Part shown: positions 15,887 to 24,711 of the stretch, one piece after another
How the letters are laid out: every line of letters starts with the position of its first letter
Position numbering within the stretch: the stretch's first letter is position 1
Origin: Fibrobacter succinogenes subsp. succinogenes S85
GTDB lineage: Bacteria; Fibrobacterota; Fibrobacteria; Fibrobacterales; Fibrobacteraceae
Length of the DNA stretch: 32,000 bases
NCBI RefSeq assembly: GCF_000146505.1
Contig: NC_017448.1
Location: 1,980,001-2,012,000 of the forward strand
Reading direction: 5' to 3'
Made by a program: the position numbers and the translations under genes
The notes under the pieces: model-generated
Seen by the model: only the letters and a program-made list of their open reading frames with translations
The model's database searches: none
Told to the model about the DNA's origin: nothing

Positions 15887-16252
15887 CTACACACGCTTTT
15901 TACGGCGTTTCTTTTTTGGCTTGAGGCGTTCGCCAAGACCTGCACGCAGTGCGCCTTCTAATGCAGGATCACCCGCAGCAAGGAGTTCCTTTTGCGGGCG
16001 CTTGAGCTTTTTAATGCGAGCCTCTAGGCGGAGCGCTTCTTCGCGAGTTTCAAGTTCGAATGTTTGTAAAATGCATTCCGGCGGAAACGCTTTGGTAAAT
16101 CTCGCGCCACGCCCACTGCAATGCTCTTCATAGCGGGCGTCGACATCCACGGCGTAGCCCGTGTAAATGCGGTCACCCTTGCAACGGAGCATGTAGACGA
16201 AGTGAGCCTTGGTCATTACCGTATATGGAGATGCCGGCTCGGAGGCCGGCAT
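15887..16252 (-). CDS. GIY-YIG nuclease-superfamily small protein (UPF0213/YhbQ-like) with a Lys/Arg-rich C-terminal tail
   Basis: The core is FVYMLRCKGDRIYTGYAVDVDARYEEHCSGRGARFTKAFPP...ETREEALRLEARIKKL (GIY...YTG, R, E). The tail is KPKKKRRKKRV. The start could be the ATG at 16252 (AGGAA 4 nt upstream) or the ATG at 16216; the TTG at 16300 in the ORF track would overlap nhaA and is unlikely. Confidence 0.75.
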   Translation of the reverse strand: MPASEPASPYTVMTKAHFVYMLRCKGDRIYTGYAVDVDARYEEHCSGRGARFTKAFPPECILQTFELETREEALRLEARIKKLKRPQKELLAAGDPALEGALRAGLGERLKPKKKRRKKRV

Positions 16253-16255
16253 GAC

Positions 16256-16283
16256 ATTCCTAAGTTCTAAACTCCACCAACTA
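16256..16283 (-). repeat. TAG-heptad element, copy C (minus strand: TAGTTGG TGGAGTT TAGAACT TAGGAAT). The first TAG is the nhaA stop codon.
   Basis: It has the same TAGTTGG head and the same TAG spacing (14 then 7 nt) as copies A and B. The last heptad supplies the AGGAA Shine-Dalgarno-like sequence for the ATG at 16252. Confidence 0.7.
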
Positions 16284-17609
16284 TTCTTTCTTAGACACAA
16301 TGCTCATGTAGATGGTACCGAGGATGGCTGCGCTAAAGCTTCCAAGGAGGATACCAAGCTTTGCAGAATCCTTGTTTGCACCGTCTTCAAACGCAAGACC
16401 AGCGACAAAGAGAGCCATCGTAAAACCGATACCGGCAAGCATGCCACCACCCCAAAGGACCTTCCAGGAGTAGCTCGGCTTCTTGGAAACACCAATTTTC
16501 ACAGACAAGAGGCTGAAGAGGAAAATACCAATCGGCTTACCGAAAATGAGGGCAAGAGCCACGGCGCCAAGCACAGGCACGTCAAGACCACCGAGCTTGA
16601 TTTCAACACCGGCATTTGAAAGAGCAAAGAGCGGCATAATACCAAAGTTCACCCACGGCACAAGCGGCTTGTACAAGCGTTCCTGCATCGAGACGCTTTC
16701 ACGGGCGCCACGCTGGAGGAGGCTGAACACGCGATACTTTTCTTCGCCAGAGACCTTAGCATCGCCAGAGAGCACGTTACCCACGCTGTTGGCAAAGCTT
16801 GCAACCTTGCCCTTTGCGACCACGGCCTTAGCCGGCACGGAAAGACCGAGGAGCACGCCAGCAATTGTCGGATGCACACCGGACTTCACGAAGAACGCCC
16901 AAATAGCGATGCCAATCACGCCATGCAAGAGCAAATTGCGCACGCCCACGCGGAACAGCACGTTAATCAAAATGAGGAGCACAAAAGCCGTCCCAAGAGC
17001 AACAAAGTTGATGCCGTCGCCGCTCGGGTAGCCAATCGCAATCACGAGGATTGCACCGATATCGTCCGCAATAGCAAGGGTCAAAATCATCACGCGGAGC
17101 GCATGCGGAACCTTCTTGCCGAGAATCGCCATGCAGCCCACCACAAACGCGATATCCGTCGCCGTCGGGATTCCCCAGCCGTGAGATGTCCCCGCCGGGC
17201 AAAGCGTCAAGTAAATCAGCGCCGGGAAAAGCATACCGCCAGCAGCCGCAATAATCGGGAGACTCGCCGCCTTCGGATCGCGGAGTTCGCCATAAGTCAT
17301 TTCGCCCTTGACCTCAAGCCCGATATTGAAGAAGAATATCGTCATCAACGCATCATTGATGAACCAATGCAAGTCACCAGCGCCCACCCAGCTGCCAATC
17401 GTCACCACGAACGGCAAATGCCAAAAGTGCTCGTACGATGACGGACTCAAGTTCGCCCAGATGAGAGCCGCAAGCGTCATAATGATAAGCACTATGCCGC
17501 CCGTCGTCTCCACCTTCATCAGGCGCTCGATCGGGGTGATGATCTTACGTACCGGGGTTTCCGGAAACATATCTTCAATTTTATCGCTGCTTGTTACTCG
17601 TGCTGACAT
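16281..17609 (-). CDS. nhaA: Na+/H+ antiporter NhaA
   Basis: ETTGGIVLIIMTLAALIWANLSPSSYEHFWH..., the conserved LAIADDIGAI double-Asp motif, about 12 TM segments, 442 aa. Confidence 0.9.
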   Translation of the reverse strand: MSARVTSSDKIEDMFPETPVRKIITPIERLMKVETTGGIVLIIMTLAALIWANLSPSSYEHFWHLPFVVTIGSWVGAGDLHWFINDALMTIFFFNIGLEVKGEMTYGELRDPKAASLPIIAAAGGMLFPALIYLTLCPAGTSHGWGIPTATDIAFVVGCMAILGKKVPHALRVMILTLAIADDIGAILVIAIGYPSGDGINFVALGTAFVLLILINVLFRVGVRNLLLHGVIGIAIWAFFVKSGVHPTIAGVLLGLSVPAKAVVAKGKVASFANSVGNVLSGDAKVSGEEKYRVFSLLQRGARESVSMQERLYKPLVPWVNFGIMPLFALSNAGVEIKLGGLDVPVLGAVALALIFGKPIGIFLFSLLSVKIGVSKKPSYSWKVLWGGGMLAGIGFTMALFVAGLAFEDGANKDSAKLGILLGSFSAAILGTIYMSIVSKKE

Positions 17610-17696
17610 ATGCTTTTCAATATAGATAAGTTTTTACATTTTTTTGGAGCCATACCGCCGTTGTAACAGATAAATAGGAATAAAACTACAAGTCCG

Positions 17697-20600
17697 TTAC
17701 AAGAACATCGTCAGGACATCCTTCAGTTTTTCAATACTGACCGGTTTTGCGATATGCTCGTTCATGCCCACCTCAAAAGAAGCCCTACAGTCTTCGTCAA
17801 AAGCGTTCGCCGTCATGGCAATAATCGGAATTTCCGCAACGTCCTTGTTCTTTAGGGCTCGAATGCGCTTTGTAGCCTCATAGCCATCCATTACCGGCAT
17901 GCGGACGTCCATCAAAACCACGTCAAACGGTCTCGTTTCCGCCTTAGAAAGCATTTTCACGGCGATATCACCATCTTCTACCGCAGTCACGATAAAGCCG
18001 TTATCCTGGAGGATTTCCATCGCAATTTCACGGTTGAGGATATTGTCTTCGACCAGCAAAATCTTCTTTCCGGCAAATCCGGAGTTGACAACAGCATTGC
18101 TTTCATCATTTTTCTTTGACTGCACAAGCTTAAATTCAAACGTCATCGTCACTTCGGTACCGACATGCAGGCGGCTTGCAATTTCAATCTGGCCGCCCAT
18201 CATTTCGACAGAATTCTTCGTGATGGCAAGTCCAAGGCCCATGCCGCGGACATCTCTCGACACCGTAGATTCCCTTGCAAACGGTTCGTAAACCGTCTTC
18301 AGGAACTCTTCACTCATGCCGATACCGTTATCCTTGATGCGGAACTCGTAGGCAGCATAGCTTGACTTCGTAAGCGGAGTTTCCTTGACGCTCATCGAAA
18401 TGGAACCGCCTTCCTTTGTAAACTTGATGGCATTTGAAAGCACCTTGAGAAGTGCCTGGCGCAAGCGTTCCCTATCGCAGACAACTTCATCATCATTGAT
18501 ATCGACACAATCCAGTTCAAACTTGAGGTCCTTCGCCTGCAAGTCATTGCGGATATCGCGTTCCACCTCATGAACCAATTCAAACAAGTGCATTGGAGCT
18601 TCCTTGAGGTCAAACTTGCCCGATTCAATGCGGCTCATGTCAAGAATGTCGTTGATAATCGAAAGCAGGCGATCGGAGCTCTGGTCAATTTTCACCAAGC
18701 AATCCTTCACGCGTTCCGCATCACCCAAATGCGTCGAGGCAATTGACGTAAGGCCAATGACTGCGTTAAGCGGCGTACGGATTTCATGGCTTATGCTGTT
18801 GAGGAATTCCTTTTTCGCGCTGTTTGCCGCCTGAGCCGCCGAGAGAGCCTGTTTCAAGGCCTCGGCCTGGGTTTCCAGTTGTTCCTTCTGTTCCAGCTGC
18901 AAACGCGTGGATTCGTCAACGCTGATAAAGCCCGCCACAATCTGTTTTTGCGCATCGGCAGCCTTACCCGCAATCACAAACTTGAGCTGCCAATATTCCA
19001 CGGCGCTCCCAATAACCATCCTGTAGTTGACGTAATAAGCATTCTTTTTAGAAAGCTTTTCGTTAACGACTTCACGCGATGTCATTTCAAGGAACATCTT
19101 GCGGTCATCAGGGTGAACAAGCGTATTCGCAATCAACTTCAGGCGGTCTTCAAAATTCCCGACCTTTTTCCAGTTCGGATTATCGGCCCAGTTGTTCTTC
19201 TTCACATAATAAAGATGGTCTTCGCGCGTGGACGGGTTGATGAAGCTCACGAGCGTAAAGTCTTCCGAAAGGCCCTTGATCACTGAAAGTCTTTCACGTT
19301 CTGCTTCGATGGCCACCTTCTCGTCATTCACGTCCTCGACGCCAATAAGCACGTAACCGCCGCCCTTGCCATCGGCAAGGCCAATCAGCGTATGGCGCAG
19401 CCAGACCCAGTTGCCGTTGATAAACCAGCGCATGTCCACAACTTTACGGGATTCATTCGAACCCATCATTTCAAGGAACGCTTCCTTGTTAAACACGCTA
19501 TGGCAAAGTTCCAAATCGTCCTTGTGGATTTTCGTGAGCTCGTCATTGTTCATGATGTCATAGAGCGAAACGTTGCAGTCAAAACGGCTCAGGATTTCCT
19601 TGTACAAGTCGTTCATCGCGCTCGGGTAAACCACATACGACCCCGATTCCGGATTCACGTAATAGATATGGATAAAGTTCTTGGACAGAAGGCCCAAAAG
19701 TTTCATCTGCATATAACGGACCTTGCCCACGTCATCCTGTTGCATGCGATCAGATTCGCCCGCAAAGCTACGGACGGCCACACGGCAAAGCAACACGAAA
19801 TAAGCGCCACAGAACAATAGGACAGCAATTCCAAAGCACAGCAAAATGAAACGGACTTTATGGACAGCCGCCATCGCCACCTTTTCTGGGGACGAAATCA
19901 CGACACTCCAGTGGTTTACTGCCATCGGCTTATAGAAGAAACAGTTTACCTCTTCCCAATAATTTTCAACGCAGGCCCTGCCGGTCTTTCCCGCCAATAT
20001 GCTATCAACAATCGCCGAGAACAGACCATTTTCGTTGTCCATCTCATTCAAGTAGTCACGAATGCCCTTGAGCGAATCGTGCTTCGAATCCGTAATAAAC
20101 CTGCCGTCATCGCGGTTGACGACATACAGAAACATGTTACGGTTGAAACGCTTGTCATTACGCAGATACTGGTGGATGGCCTCCAGGCCAAAGCTCCAGA
20201 ACACAACAGCGACAGTACGCCCATGACTCTTGACAGGCACAAAATGGAACAGGAGCTTTTCTTCCTGCTTATCGCTTTCCAACTTGACCTTCACATGCGA
20301 TTCAAGAGATGATTCCTCCTCATAGGAAAGTCCCATCGGAGATGATGCAGTCACAACGCCATCTGGCATTATAACGGTATCGCCAGGCAAGAGGAGGCTG
20401 ATTTTCTGGTCCCGCAAAAACGGCTGCATATCGTTCAGCTTCGTCTGCAAGCTGTCTGTCGAATAGTCATCACGATCCTTGAGAGCATCCGCCACAAACT
20501 GGAGCGTTCCGCCATAGTGCAGGTTGTTCATGACAAATTCGCTTGACGCCACCTCGGCATTTTCCTGAAGCCTGCTAAAACAGCCATTTTCAACAATTTT

Positions 20601-20723
20601 CAACACCTTCTGGCTGATAAACAAAAAAGCCGCAACCGTCAATACAACGAGAATCACCGCAAAAACAAGGTGATCCCGATGAATCACCTTTTCGCTATGG
20701 ATACCATCAATATTCTTTATCAT
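17697..20723 (-). CDS. hybrid sensor histidine kinase/response regulator: two TM segments flanking an extracytoplasmic sensor domain, two PAS-like modules, HisKA, HATPase_c and REC
   Basis: TM segments at about aa 20-40 and 290-315. H-box SHEIRTPLNAV. HATPase G-boxes DNGIGM and GMGLGLAI. REC domain KKILLVEDNILNREI...DVVLMDVRMPVMDG...IIAMTANAF. Confidence 0.9.
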   Translation of the reverse strand: MIKNIDGIHSEKVIHRDHLVFAVILVVLTVAAFLFISQKVLKIVENGCFSRLQENAEVASSEFVMNNLHYGGTLQFVADALKDRDDYSTDSLQTKLNDMQPFLRDQKISLLLPGDTVIMPDGVVTASSPMGLSYEEESSLESHVKVKLESDKQEEKLLFHFVPVKSHGRTVAVVFWSFGLEAIHQYLRNDKRFNRNMFLYVVNRDDGRFITDSKHDSLKGIRDYLNEMDNENGLFSAIVDSILAGKTGRACVENYWEEVNCFFYKPMAVNHWSVVISSPEKVAMAAVHKVRFILLCFGIAVLLFCGAYFVLLCRVAVRSFAGESDRMQQDDVGKVRYMQMKLLGLLSKNFIHIYYVNPESGSYVVYPSAMNDLYKEILSRFDCNVSLYDIMNNDELTKIHKDDLELCHSVFNKEAFLEMMGSNESRKVVDMRWFINGNWVWLRHTLIGLADGKGGGYVLIGVEDVNDEKVAIEAERERLSVIKGLSEDFTLVSFINPSTREDHLYYVKKNNWADNPNWKKVGNFEDRLKLIANTLVHPDDRKMFLEMTSREVVNEKLSKKNAYYVNYRMVIGSAVEYWQLKFVIAGKAADAQKQIVAGFISVDESTRLQLEQKEQLETQAEALKQALSAAQAANSAKKEFLNSISHEIRTPLNAVIGLTSIASTHLGDAERVKDCLVKIDQSSDRLLSIINDILDMSRIESGKFDLKEAPMHLFELVHEVERDIRNDLQAKDLKFELDCVDINDDEVVCDRERLRQALLKVLSNAIKFTKEGGSISMSVKETPLTKSSYAAYEFRIKDNGIGMSEEFLKTVYEPFARESTVSRDVRGMGLGLAITKNSVEMMGGQIEIASRLHVGTEVTMTFEFKLVQSKKNDESNAVVNSGFAGKKILLVEDNILNREIAMEILQDNGFIVTAVEDGDIAVKMLSKAETRPFDVVLMDVRMPVMDGYEATKRIRALKNKDVAEIPIIAMTANAFDEDCRASFEVGMNEHIAKPVSIEKLKDVLTMFL

Positions 20724-20730
20724 TCAGTCA

Positions 20731-23700
20731 TCACTTTTTAAGGAATCTTGACAAAATATACTTCATTTTATCAAAGTTTATCGGCTTTGAAATATGCTCA
20801 TCCATGCCTGCGTCAAGAGCCGCCTTGCGGTCTTCCTCAAAAGCATTCGCCGTCATGGCGATAATCGGGATGCGAGACTGATACCCCGCCGGAAGCACAC
20901 GGATAGCACGCGTTGCCGCATAGCCATCCATGACAGGCATCTGCACATCCATCAATACAATATCGTACTGTCCCGGCACGGACTGCCGAACAAGTTCAAC
21001 AGCCTCCTCACCGTTTTCAGCCGTAAAGACCTCAAAGCCGTTATCTTCAAGGAGATCGCACGCAATCTGACGATTCATCTCGTTGTCTTCGACAAGCAAC
21101 ACTTTCTTGCCCGTAAAATCGAAGTTTTCCGATTCCATCCGGGCGCGAATCCTTGCACTACCATGCAGCTTGAAATCCAAATCGATGACGACTTCCGTAC
21201 CCTTGTTCTCTTCGCTGAAGATCTCAATACGACCGCCCATCATTTCCACAATATTTTTAGTAATGGACATGCCAAGGCCAGTCCCCTGGATTCCGCTCAC
21301 CGTCGAAGAATTGGCTCGCGTAAACGGCTCGTAAATCGTCTTCAGGAAGTCCGGATTCATGCCCATGCCATTGTCGCGGATGCGGAATTCATACATTGAC
21401 GAATCCGGCTTCATTGATTCCTTTTCGGAAATATGCATATGGATGGAGCCACCCGCCTGCGTGTACTTGATAGCATTCGAGAGGACGTTTAAGAGCACCT
21501 GATTGAGGCGCAACTTGTCGCAGACGATTCCCGACTCGCTGATATCCATTTCCACATCGAACACGAGATTTTTCGCATTGACATCCGCCTGCACAATATC
21601 CTTGAGCGCATTGACAATTTCAACCAGGTCTTCGTTCTTTTCGGACAGTACCATCTTGCCCGATTCAATACGGCTCATGTCAAGGACATCGTTAATGAGC
21701 GAGAGCAAGTGATTCGAGCTCTGTCCAAGCTTGTGCAGGTAATCCAGCACCTGATCCTTTTCATCAATATGCGCCATCGCAAGATCCGTAAAACCCACAA
21801 TAGCATTCATCGGCGTACGGATATCGTGACTCATGTTCGAAAGGAACGTCGTCTTTGCACGGTCCGAAGACTGCGCCATTGAAAGCGCCTTCTGGAGCAT
21901 CACCTGTTGCTTTTCAAGCAAGTCGTTCTGCTCGGCAATCTTCGCATCCAGTTCTAGCTTTTCAACCTGGTCGTCGCTCAGGAGCATAAACGAGAGCACA
22001 AACGATACGACTTCGCCGTCTTCATTTCGCTCAATAGTCGTGAACTTCGCGCGCAGCCATTCCCCGCTCGCAATCTTGAATTCCAGGTCACGCTGGTTGG
22101 CTTCCTTCAAGAAGTTCTGCACAAAGAACAGATTCGAAAGCTTATGCCATTCCGCCTTGAATTCATCCAGAACCAAGCCGCAAATTTGTTTGACTTCGGA
22201 AGAATAGGAACTGTAAAGCGGACGCTTTTCAACCCACGGAACATTTGACGCCTTAATCGTACGGAACGAATTGTCCTCGACGTTCACAAAGTAGATGGAC
22301 ACATAGTCATCGTACAAGATGTCGTTCACAAAGTCCTTGAGAATGAGGTCGTCCTTTTCGGCAAAGCCAAGCGCCACCGCCCTCGGGCTATCAAATTCAC
22401 CGCCCACCTTCACAAACTTCATTTCGCAATAGTGCGGTCTGCCCTCGACATCGCCACGGTACGTGGTGATAAACGCCTTTTGCTGAGCAAGCTCCCTCTT
22501 GATATTGTCCAGAGCCCCGGCCCTGCGCATCATCTCGCGGTCGCGTTCCCACACGACTCCACCGACATATTCATCAAACGCCTCGGAATACGAGACCCCC
22601 GAACGGAAACGGCTACCGAACAGCGATTCCGACTTCTTGTTCATCGAATACGGAGTAATGGTATCCTTTTCAAGATCAATGTAGTAGACCGCCGAATATT
22701 CCGACGCCAGGATATCAATGATTTCCAAATCCTGTTCAATCTTTTTCTGGTGCATGCGCGCCATACGGATTTGCTCATCCTTGTCGGCAAAGCCTATGAC
22801 AAAAGCCTTCTGCTTCTTGTTAGCGGCAACCACCTTGCATTCGCAAAATTTGTCCGTACAGCTGACAAACTCAAAACTTGTAATGCCGTTCTTTTGGAGG
22901 AGCTGCTTCAAGCTCTTCACCGCAAGATTCTTAGAGACAGACACCTTGCTTTCCGCAGCGACAACCTTGTTGACAATAACGCCAATCGCATCGTTATACG
23001 ACATGCCGTTAATGGAATTGCCAATTAACTTCTGGATGTTCGCATTCAGCTTGTGGACCGTCACGCAGTCCGTTTCCAGGTCGCAATAGAAAATACACGA
23101 GTAGTCCGACGCCAAAAGTGACGTCACGGCGGCATCTTCGTCCATGCGCTTTCTGCGGTTGATTTCGTTTTCGGCAAAACCCGCCACAAGTTTCAAGACG
23201 GCAAAGTTCTTTTGCGATTCCTTGGGATTGTCCAAAACGAGGAAGCTGTAACGCTGTTCATTTGAAACAATCGTCGAAACGCTTATGCTCTTGATATCTA
23301 GAACCGGCAGCGACTGATACAGCCTTTCCCAAACGCCATATTCATCGTTCTGAGATTCAAGATAAACGGCATCCATGTCGCCCACGGATTCAATCCACGG
23401 ATTGATTATCTCCAATGGAATATGCTGGAGCCCCGCCTTGTTGGGCCTCACACCTTTACGGCACCATTCATAAGTGCTACTGAGGTATTCCCTTCCCTTG
23501 TCGCATTCCAGGATGTACGCCCTATCGGCATCGTAATACGAAGCAAGCGTTGCAAGCAGTTCTTCGATAGCGTCCTTGGAACGATTTTCCTTATAGAGAA
23601 CATCGATGCAATCGCGAATCGCGGCATCCTGTTTCTGCTGTTCCGAGACGTTATAAGCGACCAACATCGCCTGGTATTCGTTCAGGATTTCGTTCTTGGA

Positions 23701-24513
23701 AACGTAGCAGACAAAGCGGCTGTAATGCCAACCGATGTGCGGCGAATAAAAACGGCAAGTGTATTCAGGGATGGAATCACCTTTCTTGACCTGGTCAATG
23801 AGCGACTTCGCCGAGAGGTGCTGTACAAAAGCCTTCCGATATTCCTTATCCACGAGCTGGTCGGCAATCTTCTCGATAATGGCATCGTAATGCGGAAAGT
23901 CTTCGCCAAACGAATCGCTCACGTCAACGGACTTACCTTCAATAATCTGGATAAAGGGGCGAGAGACTTTGCCCTCCGACAAGTTCACCTTGAAATAGCT
24001 ATACGCCTTATCGAGAATCGCCTTCCCATAAAGTTTTTCGTTGAGCGCGCTCTGCAAGCGTTCCCGCTTTGTATCAAGATCCATCGTCTTGATTTCGTTG
24101 CGGAGCTCCTCTTCAGTAGTCTTCTGGATGAGCGCAAGCTCCGTGATATCCTTGTGCCAGCCTTCGAGCCTCACCCCTTTCTTATAATCGTAATTGCGGG
24201 TACCACCACAGCGGACAAAACGGACACGTCCATCAGGAGCATGCCAAGGGTACTGGATTTCGGGAGCCTCGCCTGCACTCATCTTGTCAACATACGCCTT
24301 GACCTCGGCAAAATGTTCCGGGTCAATATTATCAAACCAGGCGTGGAAAATATCTTCGGCAGAAACACCCTCTTCAAGCCCAAGCAACTTGAGCATAGTC
24401 GAATTCGCGGTCATGCGCGGAGCACAGCCGTCGTCAATTTCGACAGCCCAAAGCCCTATGCCTACCCCGTCCAAGATATTTGTTGTCAACGGTATCGAGT
24501 GTTCATCAGCCAT
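20731..24513 (-). CDS. cytoplasmic hybrid sensor histidine kinase/response regulator: PAS, repeated PAS-like modules, GAF-like domain, HisKA, HATPase_c and REC
   Basis: No TM segment. N-terminal PAS (GIGLWAVEID...WHKDITE). H-box SHDIRTPMNAI. HATPase motifs DNGMGM and GTGLGMSI. REC domain KKVLLVEDNEMNRQI...DIVLMDVQMPVMDG...IIAMTANAF. Its stop lies 7 nt before the next kinase's ATG. Confidence 0.9.
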   Translation of the reverse strand: MADEHSIPLTTNILDGVGIGLWAVEIDDGCAPRMTANSTMLKLLGLEEGVSAEDIFHAWFDNIDPEHFAEVKAYVDKMSAGEAPEIQYPWHAPDGRVRFVRCGGTRNYDYKKGVRLEGWHKDITELALIQKTTEEELRNEIKTMDLDTKRERLQSALNEKLYGKAILDKAYSYFKVNLSEGKVSRPFIQIIEGKSVDVSDSFGEDFPHYDAIIEKIADQLVDKEYRKAFVQHLSAKSLIDQVKKGDSIPEYTCRFYSPHIGWHYSRFVCYVSKNEILNEYQAMLVAYNVSEQQKQDAAIRDCIDVLYKENRSKDAIEELLATLASYYDADRAYILECDKGREYLSSTYEWCRKGVRPNKAGLQHIPLEIINPWIESVGDMDAVYLESQNDEYGVWERLYQSLPVLDIKSISVSTIVSNEQRYSFLVLDNPKESQKNFAVLKLVAGFAENEINRRKRMDEDAAVTSLLASDYSCIFYCDLETDCVTVHKLNANIQKLIGNSINGMSYNDAIGVIVNKVVAAESKVSVSKNLAVKSLKQLLQKNGITSFEFVSCTDKFCECKVVAANKKQKAFVIGFADKDEQIRMARMHQKKIEQDLEIIDILASEYSAVYYIDLEKDTITPYSMNKKSESLFGSRFRSGVSYSEAFDEYVGGVVWERDREMMRRAGALDNIKRELAQQKAFITTYRGDVEGRPHYCEMKFVKVGGEFDSPRAVALGFAEKDDLILKDFVNDILYDDYVSIYFVNVEDNSFRTIKASNVPWVEKRPLYSSYSSEVKQICGLVLDEFKAEWHKLSNLFFVQNFLKEANQRDLEFKIASGEWLRAKFTTIERNEDGEVVSFVLSFMLLSDDQVEKLELDAKIAEQNDLLEKQQVMLQKALSMAQSSDRAKTTFLSNMSHDIRTPMNAIVGFTDLAMAHIDEKDQVLDYLHKLGQSSNHLLSLINDVLDMSRIESGKMVLSEKNEDLVEIVNALKDIVQADVNAKNLVFDVEMDISESGIVCDKLRLNQVLLNVLSNAIKYTQAGGSIHMHISEKESMKPDSSMYEFRIRDNGMGMNPDFLKTIYEPFTRANSSTVSGIQGTGLGMSITKNIVEMMGGRIEIFSEENKGTEVVIDLDFKLHGSARIRARMESENFDFTGKKVLLVEDNEMNRQIACDLLEDNGFEVFTAENGEEAVELVRQSVPGQYDIVLMDVQMPVMDGYAATRAIRVLPAGYQSRIPIIAMTANAFEEDRKAALDAGMDEHISKPINFDKMKYILSRFLKK

Positions 24514-24543
24514 AAATTGCTTCCCATATCCTATCTTATAAAA

Positions 24544-24571
24544 ATAATACGTTTTATTATTAAAATTTCAA
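24544..24571 (-). promoter_or_regulatory. sigma70-like promoter for the kinase pair
   Basis: On the minus strand: TTGAAA (24571-24566), a 16-nt spacer, then TATTAT (24549-24544), about 30 nt upstream of the ATG at 24513. Confidence 0.4.
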
Positions 24572-24655
24572 ATCAGTGAAAATATTTATGTCAAGCTAAA
24601 CAACACTTTCTCCGGACATTTAAACCACTTTTCCAGAAAAAAGTCCAAAAAAAAC

Positions 24656-24695
24656 AAAAAAAATCCGGACGTCTTGCGGCATCCGGACTTTTTTT
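24656..24695 (-). terminator. intrinsic terminator after the Prs-like gene
   Basis: Two copies of the self-complementary TCCGGA (24664-24669 and 24682-24687) pair, and an inner G-C/T-G/C-G extension closes a TTGC loop. It is flanked by A8 and T7, so on the minus strand the hairpin is followed by T8. Confidence 0.7.
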
Positions 24696-24711
24696 CCATA
24701 TACAGACTCTA

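Noticed and set aside
24543-24563. An apparent palindrome AAAATAATA-CG-TTTTATTAT near the kinase promoter.
   Set aside because: The two halves are complementary but not reverse-complementary (a mirror repeat), so they cannot form a hairpin or a symmetric operator.
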